Below are positions 40,789-52,545 of a stretch of 64,000 nucleotides of DNA, piece after piece. Source of the stretch: Octopus sinensis (taxonomy: Eukaryota); the NCBI RefSeq assembly GCF_006345805.1, contig NC_042997.1, positions 91,636,001-91,700,000 of the forward strand, read 5' to 3'. The notes beneath the pieces were generated by a model, which was given only the letters and a program-made list of their open reading frames with translations, was not told the DNA's origin and made no database searches. The translations under genes were made by a program, and so were the position numbers. Every line of letters starts with the position of its first letter. Positions within the stretch are counted from its first letter, which is position 1.

Positions 40789-43386
40789 TATATAAACACT
40801 TACATAACTAAATTACAGTGAGGTTACATTTCACTGATGAATTTTCAACGAAAGACGAAACGCACCGAAGTTGTTTTCTGTACATATTCCTGAAAGAGAT
40901 GTTAGTCATCTATAAATATTGTTTTTAGGTGTTTGTCTTTTAAACAAAGCGAACAGTGCAGCTACAAAGAGCGCACATGAGAAAGAATAAAAATATATAG
41001 GAACGTTGTGTTTATTCTTTACATCTGGTCCGTTTTGTTTGAAATGTAAACATGTATTTGCTGTTCAATCCTAGTTTAAGCAATTGGAATTAATATTCCT
41101 GTTTTCATTTACCGTATATTTTTGTATGCTTTAGCTTTTAATGTTTCCTATCTTTAAATATACTTTCACCGAGATTGAAATAAATTGACAGATGGCAGAC
41201 AGACAGATAGATAAAAATAGACAAACATGTGTGACAAACAAAATTAAAATGAAATGTTTATAAGACTCTATCGTTCTAGAACTTGGAAATGCGTGCATAC
41301 ATTGATGGCACTGTTCAATAGTGTATAATTTGACTGGGATCTTTTGCTACAGACTCGCGTATATGACATTTATTTCTGAGACGTATATTAAAGATTATCT
41401 TACCTTTGATGACGCTAAACGATTAAGTGACACTTTACATTTTGTGTAGAAATACCCGTCTCTCGATGTTTTTCTCTCTGTGGCGGAAATGGCGAGCATT
41501 AATATAATCTGGCCTTATCTCGATTAAAGACTTCCTTCCTCAAATTGCGTCAATGTGTCCACGAAAAAAGAAAAGGAACTCGTCTTTTCGTGCTTATTAA
41601 ATGTGCTCTGGCGAACTACTTGTTCAACACACAACCGACCCCTCTGCCTCTGTTGTCACTTCCGCTTTCTATCTCAACCCATATTATCACACGCCATCTT
41701 GATCTAAAGACACTACATGTAACAGTAAAGTAAAAAAATTACTCTAAAACTCTGGAAAAAACCCTACTAAACTGTTTCAATGTACAGTTTTCTACAAACG
41801 AAAATTCAGCTTCATTCCGATTCTCATACATTTTCGTAATTCTTTGTCCACGGAATTAACGTCGATCCTTTTGCAACCTTCGTGGCACTACGATGTAGGC
41901 TTCGTCCTCTTTTCAACTACCGTTACGAACTTCATCGTTCATTGAATCGATAACCCTATGGACGTGGAAAATATGATGTGGCATTCCATCAACAGAAACA
42001 TTTTCTTCGGTATTAACTTCCGTCGTTCTTCTCTTCAGGATGAATTCACTCAAAAAAAATCTCATCTCCAGCCTGGAGATATGCAAGTTATTCCTTTTAC
42101 CCACTCCTGGTACTATGGTTAAATGCCTTCTCCCATTCGTTACAAACCCGAACCCTAACCGCCTCGATTGGTAAAGGCCTTGGTGGTTCGATATCGCCCT
42201 ATGATTCCAATCCTGCTCGGTTTGTAACATAGCTCTTGAAGAAGCGTTCGATATTCTATTTATTTAGCATCTCTCTCAACGATTCTGAACGAAATGTGGT
42301 ACTGTTGTTTATTCATCCATCCGTTCCCTCCGACAAAATATCTTATTCAGAACCCACAAAATCTCAACCACAACCTTCATTTTAATCTCCCTCTATATAA
42401 CCAAGCACCCAGATACAAAGAGATTCAACACTGACCGATAGTGTGTCCTATCAATTATCAATCGCTTTTAGGTATCTTCTACCCGAATCCCTCCCGTTTC
42501 ATCTATTAAGATATGTATGTATGTGTTACAGGCTGCTTTAACTCTACCTACTTTCTCTCATTATTGTCTTGAGGACTTACACCATGATCTTTGGCTTAGA
42601 GTTCAGTCCGAACTTCATCCTAGTCAAGCAGTATGTTTAGTCCTTGTATTTCACTAGCTGATACTTTCACAATTTTTCAGCCACACAAATCTGTAGGCAG
42701 GCTAAATACAGATCAACAGTTATAGAAAACCCCGTCATTTGTCTTTATTCCCGCAGGATCTACCCAGATATATCTGTGGCTTACTGTCCGTGTATAATGC
42801 CACAGGGTCAGTCAGTCCCTGAAAGTTTAACACTGGATTGACCTTATTCTTCGTTGAGGGAATTATCAACAACATTTCGCCTTTTAAAGCAACTAATCGA
42901 ATCGTGGACAAAATACCATGCAGTATTTTCTACAACACCATACGTTATGAGCTCAATTTCTGCCGAGGTCAAATTTGCATTTTATCCTTTGGGGCCCAAT
43001 GAAATAAAGTATCAGACAAGTACTGGGATACATCTACACGCCACACCAAAATTTCAGGCGTTGTACTTATGTTTGAAACAATTCTTCACACATACACACA
43101 CTAAAATCTATATAGTTGTACAATATCTTGTCCTAAGTAAAAAAAAAAGGGTCTCGTATATTAATGTATATTAGATAGTGTATAATATTGGCATAAGGCC
43201 AATAGTTTCGGGAGAAGAGGAAAGTCGATTACATCGACCCCAGTACTCAACAGGATGAAAAGCAAAGTCGACCTCGGTGGAATGTGAACTCAGAACATAA
43301 AGACAGACGAAATGCCGTGAGGCATTTTGCCCAGCGTGCCCACAATTCTGTTAGCCCATCACCTTTAGCTAGTGTATGATATTACC

Positions 43387-43450
<64 letters not shown>

Positions 43451-43461
43451 ATTAGGTTATA

Positions 43462-43667
43462 GGTTTCGAAGAAGTCATAGATGATAATGTGGTTGAGTTG
43501 CTAGTCTCCCATAAAGAATGTTTATCTAACAAAGAACTTAACTTGTTTGAACAACCACAAGCTGAGAATATCGATGCAAGTACGGATTTCCACATCACTT
43601 TTATATGGCAAAAATATTGCCAAAGATTTGACACTTATAGAAGAAGGTCTGCTAACAACACTATCAT
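43462..43667 (+). mobile_element. Tigger/pogo transposase C-terminal remnant
   Basis: GFEEVIDDNVVELLVSHKECLSNKEL..FEQ and, after a frameshift, IAKDLTLIEEGL resemble the TIGD/Tigger C-terminus. Confidence 0.6.
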
Positions 43668-43756
43668 GAACGTAACTTTAAAATTACGAGAAGAGTTTAC
43701 AATGAGCTCAATTCTTTCAGTGAACTGTACGAAGAAATTATGCGCCATAAATATCA

Positions 43757-44108
43757 ATTTTATACCATTTCACTTTTAATATGAGAATAATTCCATTCAA
43801 AATGGAATAGTTCCATCCAAAACGAGAATAATTCCATTCAAAATGAGAATAAAAAATACAGTATTTTTGCTTTAATTATTTATGTATCACTAATAATAAA
43901 CAGACTTTTGCGTCATATCGTTCCATTCATTGTCAATTTATTCATTAAGTCTATTCATTTATTATTTAATTCCTAAAATCATTTTACATATTATATAGTA
44001 TTAGTGATAGATATATAATAAAAGCAAAAATACTGTATTGTTATTTTCATTTTTAATTTTCTCATTTTGAATGGAATTATTCTCATATTGAATGCGAAAT
44101 GGTATAGA
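43757..44108. mobile_element. Fold-back MITE with about 120-140 bp inverted arms
   Basis: ataccatttc...gagaataattccattcaaaat...tacagtatttttgcttt...atcactaata is mirrored on the right; a 21-bp subrepeat is duplicated in the left arm. Confidence 0.65.
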
Positions 44109-44530
44109 TCAGCTCTTTACCCTTCATGTAGCTGTTGATGATGATTAACTTCAAGATAGACGATAGTATCTAAAAGTTCATAGTATCCTTCATCCTCCCA
44201 GTGACTCTTATCCACCCTACAACCCCTCATACAGTAGCGAAGATTTTTGGTGATAAGAACATATCCTATTTGGATATTACGATTCTCATTTATTCCCTAA
44301 CGTATTTTTCTTCACATGTTTTTATGAATAAAGATATATATATATATATTGTACTGTGTATGTTTAGAAATTGATATTTTCATTCAAAAAAACGGACGCA
44401 TTTATTACTCTGTGGCATGGAAATCAATGGGAAAGTTAATTTCGCGTTACGGGTTTTCGTATTACAAGATTTTCAGGATCATATTACTACTGTAACGACG
44501 GGTATGTCTTCTTACATACATACAAACATG

Positions 44531-44581
<51 letters not shown>

Positions 44582-44797
44582 GTATATATACACATACTTT
44601 CTAACATCCAGTCTGTGAACTTGTCTATAAATTAACTGGTCTCATAAGTGACATAGACATCAGAACTAAAGCAAAAGCCAAAAATAGAAAAAAGACAGAA
44701 ACAAAAAAAACAACAAACAAACAATACTGTTAGACTTTCATACGCCGACATCGATAGGAGAATCCATGAAATTGCTCACACGCACACCTTTAAATAT

Positions 44798-44835
<38 letters not shown>

Positions 44836-44836
<1 letters not shown>

Positions 44837-46891
44837 CGGGAAGCTTTATGAAAATAAACAAAAGACGAAGGCAGGTGGAAAACAAACGAACAATTGTATT
44901 AGTATGGCGCTCAGGAAATATAAATAAAACAAGTCTTTAACGTTTCGAGCCTACGCTCTTCAACAGAAAGATACACAGAGAGAGAAAAACACAGAAAGAA
45001 GGAGAGAAAAAAAATGCGTGCAGTAGCTAACGAATCAACATGGCGATCTGATTTCGGCCAGAGGTCAAAGATCAAACATGAGACGCGAGAGCGAAATAAG
45101 GGGAGATAATAGGGTTGATAAAAGGGTTGAGGGACCAGCTAAAAGTGCGTGGGAGGGGTCTGGATGTGTGTATGTATAGGGTTGGTGTATGTATTAGTAT
45201 GTATAAGGGTGTGTGTGTATGAGAGAGTATTAGTGCGTAAGATTAGTCTGGACGTGCGTATGTATGGGGTTGGTGTATGTATTAGTATGTATTAGTATGT
45301 ATTAGTACGTATTGGTATGTATAGGTGTGTGTGTGTGTGAGAGAGTATAAGTGCGTATGCGGGGTCTGGACGTGTGTATGTATAGGGTTGGTGTAAGTAT
45401 TAGTATGTACTAGTATGTATTAGTACGTATTAGTATGTATTAGTTGGTGTGTGTATTAGTATGGCACATCATATGTGATGTGATGTGTAAAGTCATGTGG
45501 TGTAGTGAGAAGAGGGGGAGGGAGAGAAGAGGGGGAGAGAAGGGGAGGGAAGAAGAGGGGGAGGAGAAGGGGGAGAAGGAAGGGGATGAGGGGATGAAGG
45601 AGGAAAGAGGGAGAGGGGGAGAGAGAAGGGGAGAGAGGGAGTGAGGGAGCAGAGGGAAGGGGAAGAGGGAGGGAGAAAGAGGGAAGAAGGGAAGGGGAGT
45701 AGGGGTGAAAGGATGAAGGACTGAAGAAGTAGGGGTCGGGGGAGAAAGAATAGGTGAGGAGGGGGGTGAGGTTAGATGAGGAGGGGGGAGAGTTGAGACC
45801 AAATGGCGTATAAGAGCGAAGAGAGAAGATTAATTCCTGTTCACGGCGCAAACGGGAATCCGGATGGCCTCTGTGTAAGGACAAACCGAACACAGATAGG
45901 TGTTGCAAGGAGTGACCGGTGGAGCGGAAATGGCGTGAGACCGGTGTGTCGTTCGCAAGGTGGATGTCACGAAGGTGTTCCGCGAACCGGTCAGCCAAGC
46001 GGCGTCCCGTTTGTCCGATGTACAAGGAATTGCAAAGAGAGCAAGAGATGCAATAGATAATATTGCTGGAGGTGCAGGTGAAGGAGTGGATGATGGGATA
46101 GGGTCGATGGTGGGTGCTAGTGAGGCGGTGGTGTTGGAGAGGTAAGGGCAAGTGCGGCAACGTGGGCGGGAGCAGGGGAACGAGCCGGGTTGGGAGGTAG
46201 GGTCAGGGAAGGAGCTATGGACCAAAAGGTCTCGAAGGTTGTGGGCTCGTTTGAAAGAGGGGAGGGGTCGGTTAGGGAAGAGGTGTGAAGTGGACGGGTC
46301 GGACTGGAGATGACGGAAAGCTCGAAGAATGGTGCGTTGGAGACGTAGGGTCGTGGGGTGGTAAGTGAGGGGAAAAGGGAGGCGGGAGACTACAGGGCGG
46401 GTTCGGGGAGAGAGGCAGATACGCGGTCCACGGACCGTGCTCTGGCAAGGGCGGTGTGGATAGTGGTGAGGGGGTATCCACGTAGGGTGAAGTGGTGAGC
46501 CATACGTTGAGACTGAGTCTCAAAGTCATGGTCGTCACTACAGAGCCTACGTAGACGGAGGAATTGGGAATAGGGGATGGAAAGCTTGGTGTGTTCTGGG
46601 TGGGAGGAAGAGAAGTTGAGGTATGAGTGTGAGTCTGTGTGTTTGTAGTGAATGGAGGTGGTAAGAGTGGAGTGAAGAATGCTAACCGAAATGTCGAGGA
46701 AGGAGACAGAGGTGTTGGAGATAGTGGAAGTGAAGTGGAGGGCTGGATGGAAAGATTGGACGAACGAGAGGAAGGAATCTAGATGTTCGCGGGAGAGTGA
46801 GGTGGCACCGATAATGTCGTCAATATAACGACCATATAGTTCAGGAGTGGGACCAGTGAAATTAGAGAATATTTGGGCCTCAACATAGCCA
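44836..46891 (-). mobile_element. 5'-truncated Penelope-like retroelement (RT from the YIDD motif, GIY-YIG endonuclease, 3' region)
   Basis: GYVEAQIF...LYGRYIDDIIG (YIDD at 46816-46827), FLDI, HYKHTDSHSYLNFSSSHP, IPYSQFLRLRRLCS, PLTYHP, C..PRCRTC, CTSSNIIYCISC..C..LYIGQTGRRLADRFAEH, RREQELIF.L....PFGLN; two frameshifts; (TA)n on both sides. Confidence 0.95.
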
Positions 46892-47699
46892 ATATATATA
46901 TATATCTTTCAGTGTTTCTTGGGTTAAATAGGAGTAGCATTCTTCCCATTCCGGGAACTGCCACATTAAGTTAGCAACAAGCCATCTCTTTATCCTTCTG
47001 CTACTGCATAACTCTCTCTGAGAGATTTAGAAATGCAATTTTTCTAATTTTATAGATCAGTGAATTTATTTCACATTCTATAAGTTTTCAACAGCGATTT
47101 AGCACCGACAGCTAGCAAGCCGCTTTTTGTTGTTTTTTGAAGAACTGTAGCCGGATTTTTTTTTGTGAGAAGCCACCGTTGTTGGGTGGTAGTGAATAAT
47201 TGAGAAAAATGAAAAGTTATGCAGAAGCTACTGGAGGTCGAGTTACCCTGGACCCAAGCGTACTGAAACAGCAGATATGGATATATAGTAGTATGCTCGA
47301 GAAGAAAGGGTAAAATATTGTAAATATATGTTATTTTGAAGTGAAATACTTTAATTGAAATTGAACTGTTGTCCTTTGAAAAACTGCGGGGTGGAAAAAT
47401 TTCTGTTAATTTTATTGTGAACTGTGATTTTTACGAATTTGGAAATTTTCTTGTCATTTGTGACAAGTGTGAAGCAATGAAGTAATGGAGACCCAACCAG
47501 CCATCAGCTATGGTACAGCAACAGGAAGGGGTTTGAATAACGACGTTTTGCAAGTGAAAGAAATTGAAAAAGTCTAATGAAGTCATAGTTAAAGAAGGAA
47601 ACAGCCTGAGGCTGACCCCGCCAAAAGAAGTAATAGAGGAAACAGTAAAAAAAAAAAAAAACTAGTGTAAAGAATGCTGTCAAACTCAAGTAAAAAAGG

Positions 47700-48200
47700 A
47701 TGGAAATAGCGACCGTTGAAGCAATGGAATAATGTCTCAAGGATATTAAACACCTAACGACATTCTACATCAGAGGCAAGAAGTATGGCACAGTGGAGTT
47801 ACGGTTTGCAACCGAACAAGACGCAATAAAGTGCTCCACTGTGCGATTGAGGTCGGAAGAGTGGGCACTACCGCCAACCTACTGTGGCAAATATGCGGCT
47901 AAAGTTAGGATTGGCAGAGTGTCCCCAGACATCGATGAAGCGTGGCTGGTGGCAGCCATCCTCTTCAACACGGAAGAAGAGACCAATGTGCTGAAGGTCA
48001 CGAGGATAACAGAGGTAAACTGGTTTGGATACGACCTCGAGGTGACGGTCTAAATCAGTTTACCAGACCTGCATAAAATTGCAAATGAAATTATGTTGCC
48101 AGAGGATGTTAAACTAAGCGTGGTAGTGGAGGTAAGACCTCCCATCTGCTACAACTGTGGAGTACGGGGACACATGAAAGCAAGGTGTCCCCAGAAACAA
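47700..48200 (+). pseudogene. Gag-like LINE ORF1 remnant (RRM-like region plus CCHC zinc knuckle)
   Basis: One frame with point stops: KKYGTVELRFATEQDA...AKVRIGRVSPDIDEAWL...RPPICYNCGVRGHMKARC (CX2CX4HX4C at 48147-48188). No RT follows. Confidence 0.75.
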
Positions 48201-49084
48201 GAAGTAGAATAGAAGCTGGAGGAGGAGGAAGTGGAAAAAGGAGTGGTAGCACAAAGCCAAGTAAATTAAGGAAAACGTAGAAGGAAATACTCAGTTGGAA
48301 AAAGAAAGAAGAAAGAGATGAAAATACACATTCGCCACCAAAAAGCCCGCAAAAAATAGAGGAGATACAAATTGAAAGAACAGAAATAACAAAAAAGAAA
48401 ATTACAGAAGAAAAAACAAGTATGCAGAAAGGAAAGGAAGCAACAGTAAGAGAGAGATAGAGATTGATGAGACACAAAAACTAGGAACATCAGGAGAGAA
48501 TAGAGACGGAAAACGGGAAGGAGTACCGAAAGGAAAAAATGTGAAGATGATGATAGAATATAAAAAGAGCGTAGAAATAGAGAAACGGATCACTAAATGA
48601 AAAATGCAATCAGAGTAACATTATCGGGGAATGAGGATACCGAAGACGACAAGGCAGTTTTGTTAGAGAGAGAAAAAGGAGAAAGATTGAAAGAATTATT
48701 TGGTGAGCAAATTGTAATAACAGAGTTGCTGGTTCGATGCGACGAACTACCACCAGTGGTGCTATTTGACTACATAATAGAGGACATAGAAAATTGAAAG
48801 TAAGTGAAATTTGTAAAATTTAAAATAACGTTTAAAGAAAAAAACGTTGTAAAGAACAACGAACTGTTTGTGAATAATATGTTACATAAACAGTTAAATG
48901 ATACTGCCTGCGTGTGAGGCGCAGGTAAGACATTTCATTTTTCATTATATCATTATATTCATTATTTCATTCGAATTACGTCTTATGTACCCCACTGTAT
49001 TATGTTGTCTGTCTTTGTTCGTCCCTTCTTTGTTAGAGCCAATATGCTCGTAATAAAGAATAAAGTTAGCAAGACCAAGCTACT

Positions 49085-49125
49085 CCAGACTGATGAAGAG
49101 CAATTACCATGAAACTAGTCTCTGG
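49085..49125 (+). ncRNA. Candidate minimal type I hammerhead ribozyme
   Basis: CCAGA-CTGATGA-(agagcaattaccat)-GAAAC-TA-GTC-TCTGG: perfect 5-bp stem I, intact CUGAUGA/GAAA core, GUC triplet, palindromic ACUAGU stem III; stem II is poorly paired. Confidence 0.6.
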
Positions 49126-49796
49126 TGCTGGCTTTGTTGGGTGGAGGTGTTTAACTCCTCTGTTTGAAAACTTAAGGACACAGAACGCTTGTGTCACGTA
49201 ACCAACTAGAAACGGTGTTTCTTGGGGTTAAATAGCAGTAGCATTCTTCCCTTTCCGGGGACTTCCACATTAAGTTGGCAACAAGCCATCACTTTACATA
49301 TATTTCGTTTTTGTTAATTTACTATGCATCTTCTCTTTTGTTCGGGCTTGGTTCATTAACTATGCAGCTTCTCTTTTGTTCGTGCATTACACCTGGGTAA
49401 ATCCAGCAGCAGAAACAAAAAAAGAAAAAAATCTGTTGCGTCTTTTTCCTTGGCGGTCTAAGCATGTGGTTATGTTGTTTAACGGTTAATCCGGTCTTGC
49501 TCTCGTGTACGCACGTGTGTGTGAGTAATGGAGAAAATTATACAGTGGGGAGTTAGGGAAGGAACTAAGAAAAGGTCAGACAGTCAGTCAGACAGACTGA
49601 CATCAACAAACGTTGATGTATCAGATATATAGCCCACGCTTAGAAATGTGTTAGAATAGATTATCAGCAGATAATCTTTAAATCATTGCTATTAATAAGT
49701 TACTCTTCTAATTCTCTCTCTCCCCCCTCTCTCTGAATACATACACGCACACAAATATATGTATATGTATGCATGTATTTATGTATGTATACTGGC

Positions 49797-50090
49797 ACGA
49801 GAGTTCTAGTTGATCCGATCAACGGAACAGTCTGCTTGTGAAATTAACGTGCAGCGGCTGAGCACTCCACAGACACGTGTACCCTTAACGTAGTTCTCAT
49901 GGAGATTCAGTGTGACACAGAGTGTGACAAGGCTGGCCCTTTGAAATACAGGTACAACTCATTTTGCAAGCTGAGTGGACTGGAGCAATGTGAAATAAAG
50001 TGTTTTGCTCAAGGACACAACGCATCGCTGGGAATTGAACTCACGACCTTACCATCGTGAACCGAATACCCTAACCACTAAGCCACGCGT
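49797..50090 (-). mobile_element. tRNA-derived SINE, full length
   Basis: Minus head gtggcttagtggttagggtattcgg...gtgagttcaattccc followed by a conserved body. Confidence 0.8.
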
Positions 50091-50093
50091 ATG

Positions 50094-50125
<32 letters not shown>

Positions 50126-50987
50126 TGTATGTATGTATGTATGTATGTATGTATGTATGTATGTATGTATGTGTACGTACGTGCCCGCATCTCTGTATCT
50201 GTGTGTGTGCTTGTATATAAACTCTCACACATTGAAGCATAAGCAGGGATTCCAAGAGAAATTTGGTAAGGCAAACAAGACTGCTTTCGGGCCATTTTCC
50301 CATGCTCATCGCCAAGGGCGCTGGACGGTACTGGTTTCTCACTATTCAATTTACTGCACTTTAGTGACTCTACTTTAGTGACTCTACTTTAGTATTATTA
50401 CAAACTAGTGTCTATCCAGAATATTCTGAAGCACCCCCAGGCACGTCATTTCCTCACAAATTTAAAGGAGACTATAGTTTGCTTTTTTGTCTTTTAGAAA
50501 GAGCCTAACAGATATTCAAGGATCTCTCCTTGGCCCACTAAGCCTCAGACCGGTGTAGCGGTTGAGCACCCTCTTACACGCCCTAGGCATACAACATATT
50601 TAAAACAATTTTGAACGCGTAACATTTGGAAAAGATATTGTTTAGTTATAGCAACTGCTGCTGCTACTTGTTGTTGTTTTTGTTTGTTTGCTTGTTTGTT
50701 GTTGTTGTTAACCTAGATTACATAGACTTATGGATTCCAATTGTGCCCAGCATGTTTCATACATCTTTTATTCAGACTCAGCTGCTTTTAGGACAACATT
50801 GTACGTGCGTCCTTCTTAAAGACCAGATATAATTTTGGAGACATTTGGCTGCTATTTCTAGCAGATCAAAAGGTGGTAATAGTGGTGATAGTATTGGTGT
50901 GGTGCAGATACAACACCAACTTTCCGGACACAGATAATCTGGAACCTCTTATAATCCGCACTGATTTATATTAATTTATATGTACCT

Positions 50988-52545
50988 ATGGCAGAATCGT
51001 TATCACGCTGGACAAAATGCTTAGCGGCATTTTGTCCGTCTTTGAGTTCTGAGTTCAAATTCCACCGAGGTCGACTTTGTCTTTCATCCTTTCAGGGTCA
51101 ATGAAATCAGTACCAGTTGAACACTAGGATCGATGTAATCGACGTACACCTCTTCTCCCCAACCGATAGCCATGTGCCAAAATTTGAAGCCATTATTCTT
51201 TTATTCTTTTCCTTGTTTCAGTCATTTTGGCTGCCGCCATGCTAGAGCACCGCCTTAAAGGGTTTTTTTTTAGTCGAAGCAATCGACCCCAGGACTTATT
51301 CTTTGTAAGCCTAGTACTTATTCTACCGGTTACTTTTGCCGAACCGTTAAGTTACGGGGACGAAAACACATCAACATCGGTTGTCAAGCGATGGTGGTGG
51401 CGGTGGGTGTGGGAACAAACACAGACACAAAGACACACACACATAAAATATATTCATATATATGTATACGACGGTCTTCTTTCAGTTTCCATCAACAAAT
51501 CTGCTCAGAAGGCTTTGGTCGGCCCGAGTTTATGGTAGAGGTTACAGTAGTGGGACTGAACCCGGATCCATATGGTTGGGAAGCAAGCTTGTTACCACAC
51601 AGCCACGCCTGCGCCTATTATTTAAGTAAATTTATCATTTTTTCAATTTGAGGCGAGGAATTGGCAGAATCGTTAGCACACCGGGCGAAATGCTCAGCGA
51701 CATTTCGTCCGTTTTTGAGTTCTGAGTTGAAATTCCGGCGAGGTCGACATTGCCTTTCATCCTTTCGGCGTCGATAAAATAAGTACCAGTTGAGCACTGG
51801 GGCCGAAGCAATTGCTTTATCCCCTCTCCGAAATCGCTGGCCTTGTACCGAAATTTAAAACCAATGTTTGTTCAATTCAAGGCGGCGAGCAGAATCGTTA
51901 GCACACCAGGCAAGATGCTTAGTGGCATTTCGTCTGTCTTCGCATTCTGAGTTCAGATTCTGCCGAGGTCGACTTTACCTTTTATCCTTTCGGGATCGAT
52001 AAAGTAAGTACCAGCTGGGTACTGGAGGTCGATGTAATTGACTGGCCCACTCCTCCGAACTTGCTGATCCTGTACCAAAATTTAAAACCACTATTTGTTC
52101 GATTCAGAGCGTATCGACCAAGGTGACCACACCAAGTTCAGAAAAACCTGTAATCCGGAAAGGCTTTTGAACCAAAGTACTTGCCTTTGAGGAAGTGATA
52201 TTGGTGGAGATGGTGGTTCTAGTAGAGTTAGTATTGATGTTGATTTTGCTGTTTAGCACCAGAGTCTGGCTTTGCCTGAGGAGACCTACGATCATAAGCG
52301 TTCTAATCGTAACCTACGTGTCTTTTTAGATACTGATTTAAAATTTTGGTACAAGTCCAGCAATTTCAGAGAAGTAGGTAAGTTGATTACATCGACCTAA
52401 GTATTAAACTGGTACTTACTTTATCGATCCCGAAAGGATGAAAGGCAAAGTCTACCTCGGTGGAATTTGAACTCAAAACATAAAGACGGACGAAATGCCG
52501 CTAAGTATTTTTGTCGGCGTTGTAACGATTCTGCCAGTCCGCCGC
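50988..52545. mobile_element. Cluster of five SINE copies
   Basis: About 50988..51190 (+), 51215..51612 (-), 51652..51870 (+), 51881..52095 (+) and 52345..52545 (-). Confidence 0.8.

Larger units (their letters stand above)
46912..49290 (+). mobile_element. 2.4-kb unit bounded by about 75-bp direct repeats
   Basis: 46912..46986 versus 49215..49290: 5 substitutions and 1 indel; encloses the ORF1 remnant and a hammerhead motif. Confidence 0.6.

Noticed and set aside
41425-41520. Minus-strand RPDYINA string resembling the tyrosine-phosphatase DYINA motif
   Set aside because: The frame is closed by stops on both sides with no suitable splice sites or other PTP motifs.
33000-42000. CCDC92, the convergent neighbour of DNAH10 in vertebrates
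   Set aside because: No candidate exon resembles its coiled-coil sequence.
42560-42800. Possible R4/Dong RT scrap (RMKFGLN on the minus strand)
   Set aside because: Too short and degenerate to call.
44200-44260. Possible plus-strand terminal exon DSYPPYNPSYSSEDFW*
   Set aside because: No phase-compatible upstream exon found; could be chance.
45440-45802. Pro/Ser/Leu-rich ORFs
   Set aside because: Translation of the polypurine tract in the Penelope 3' region.
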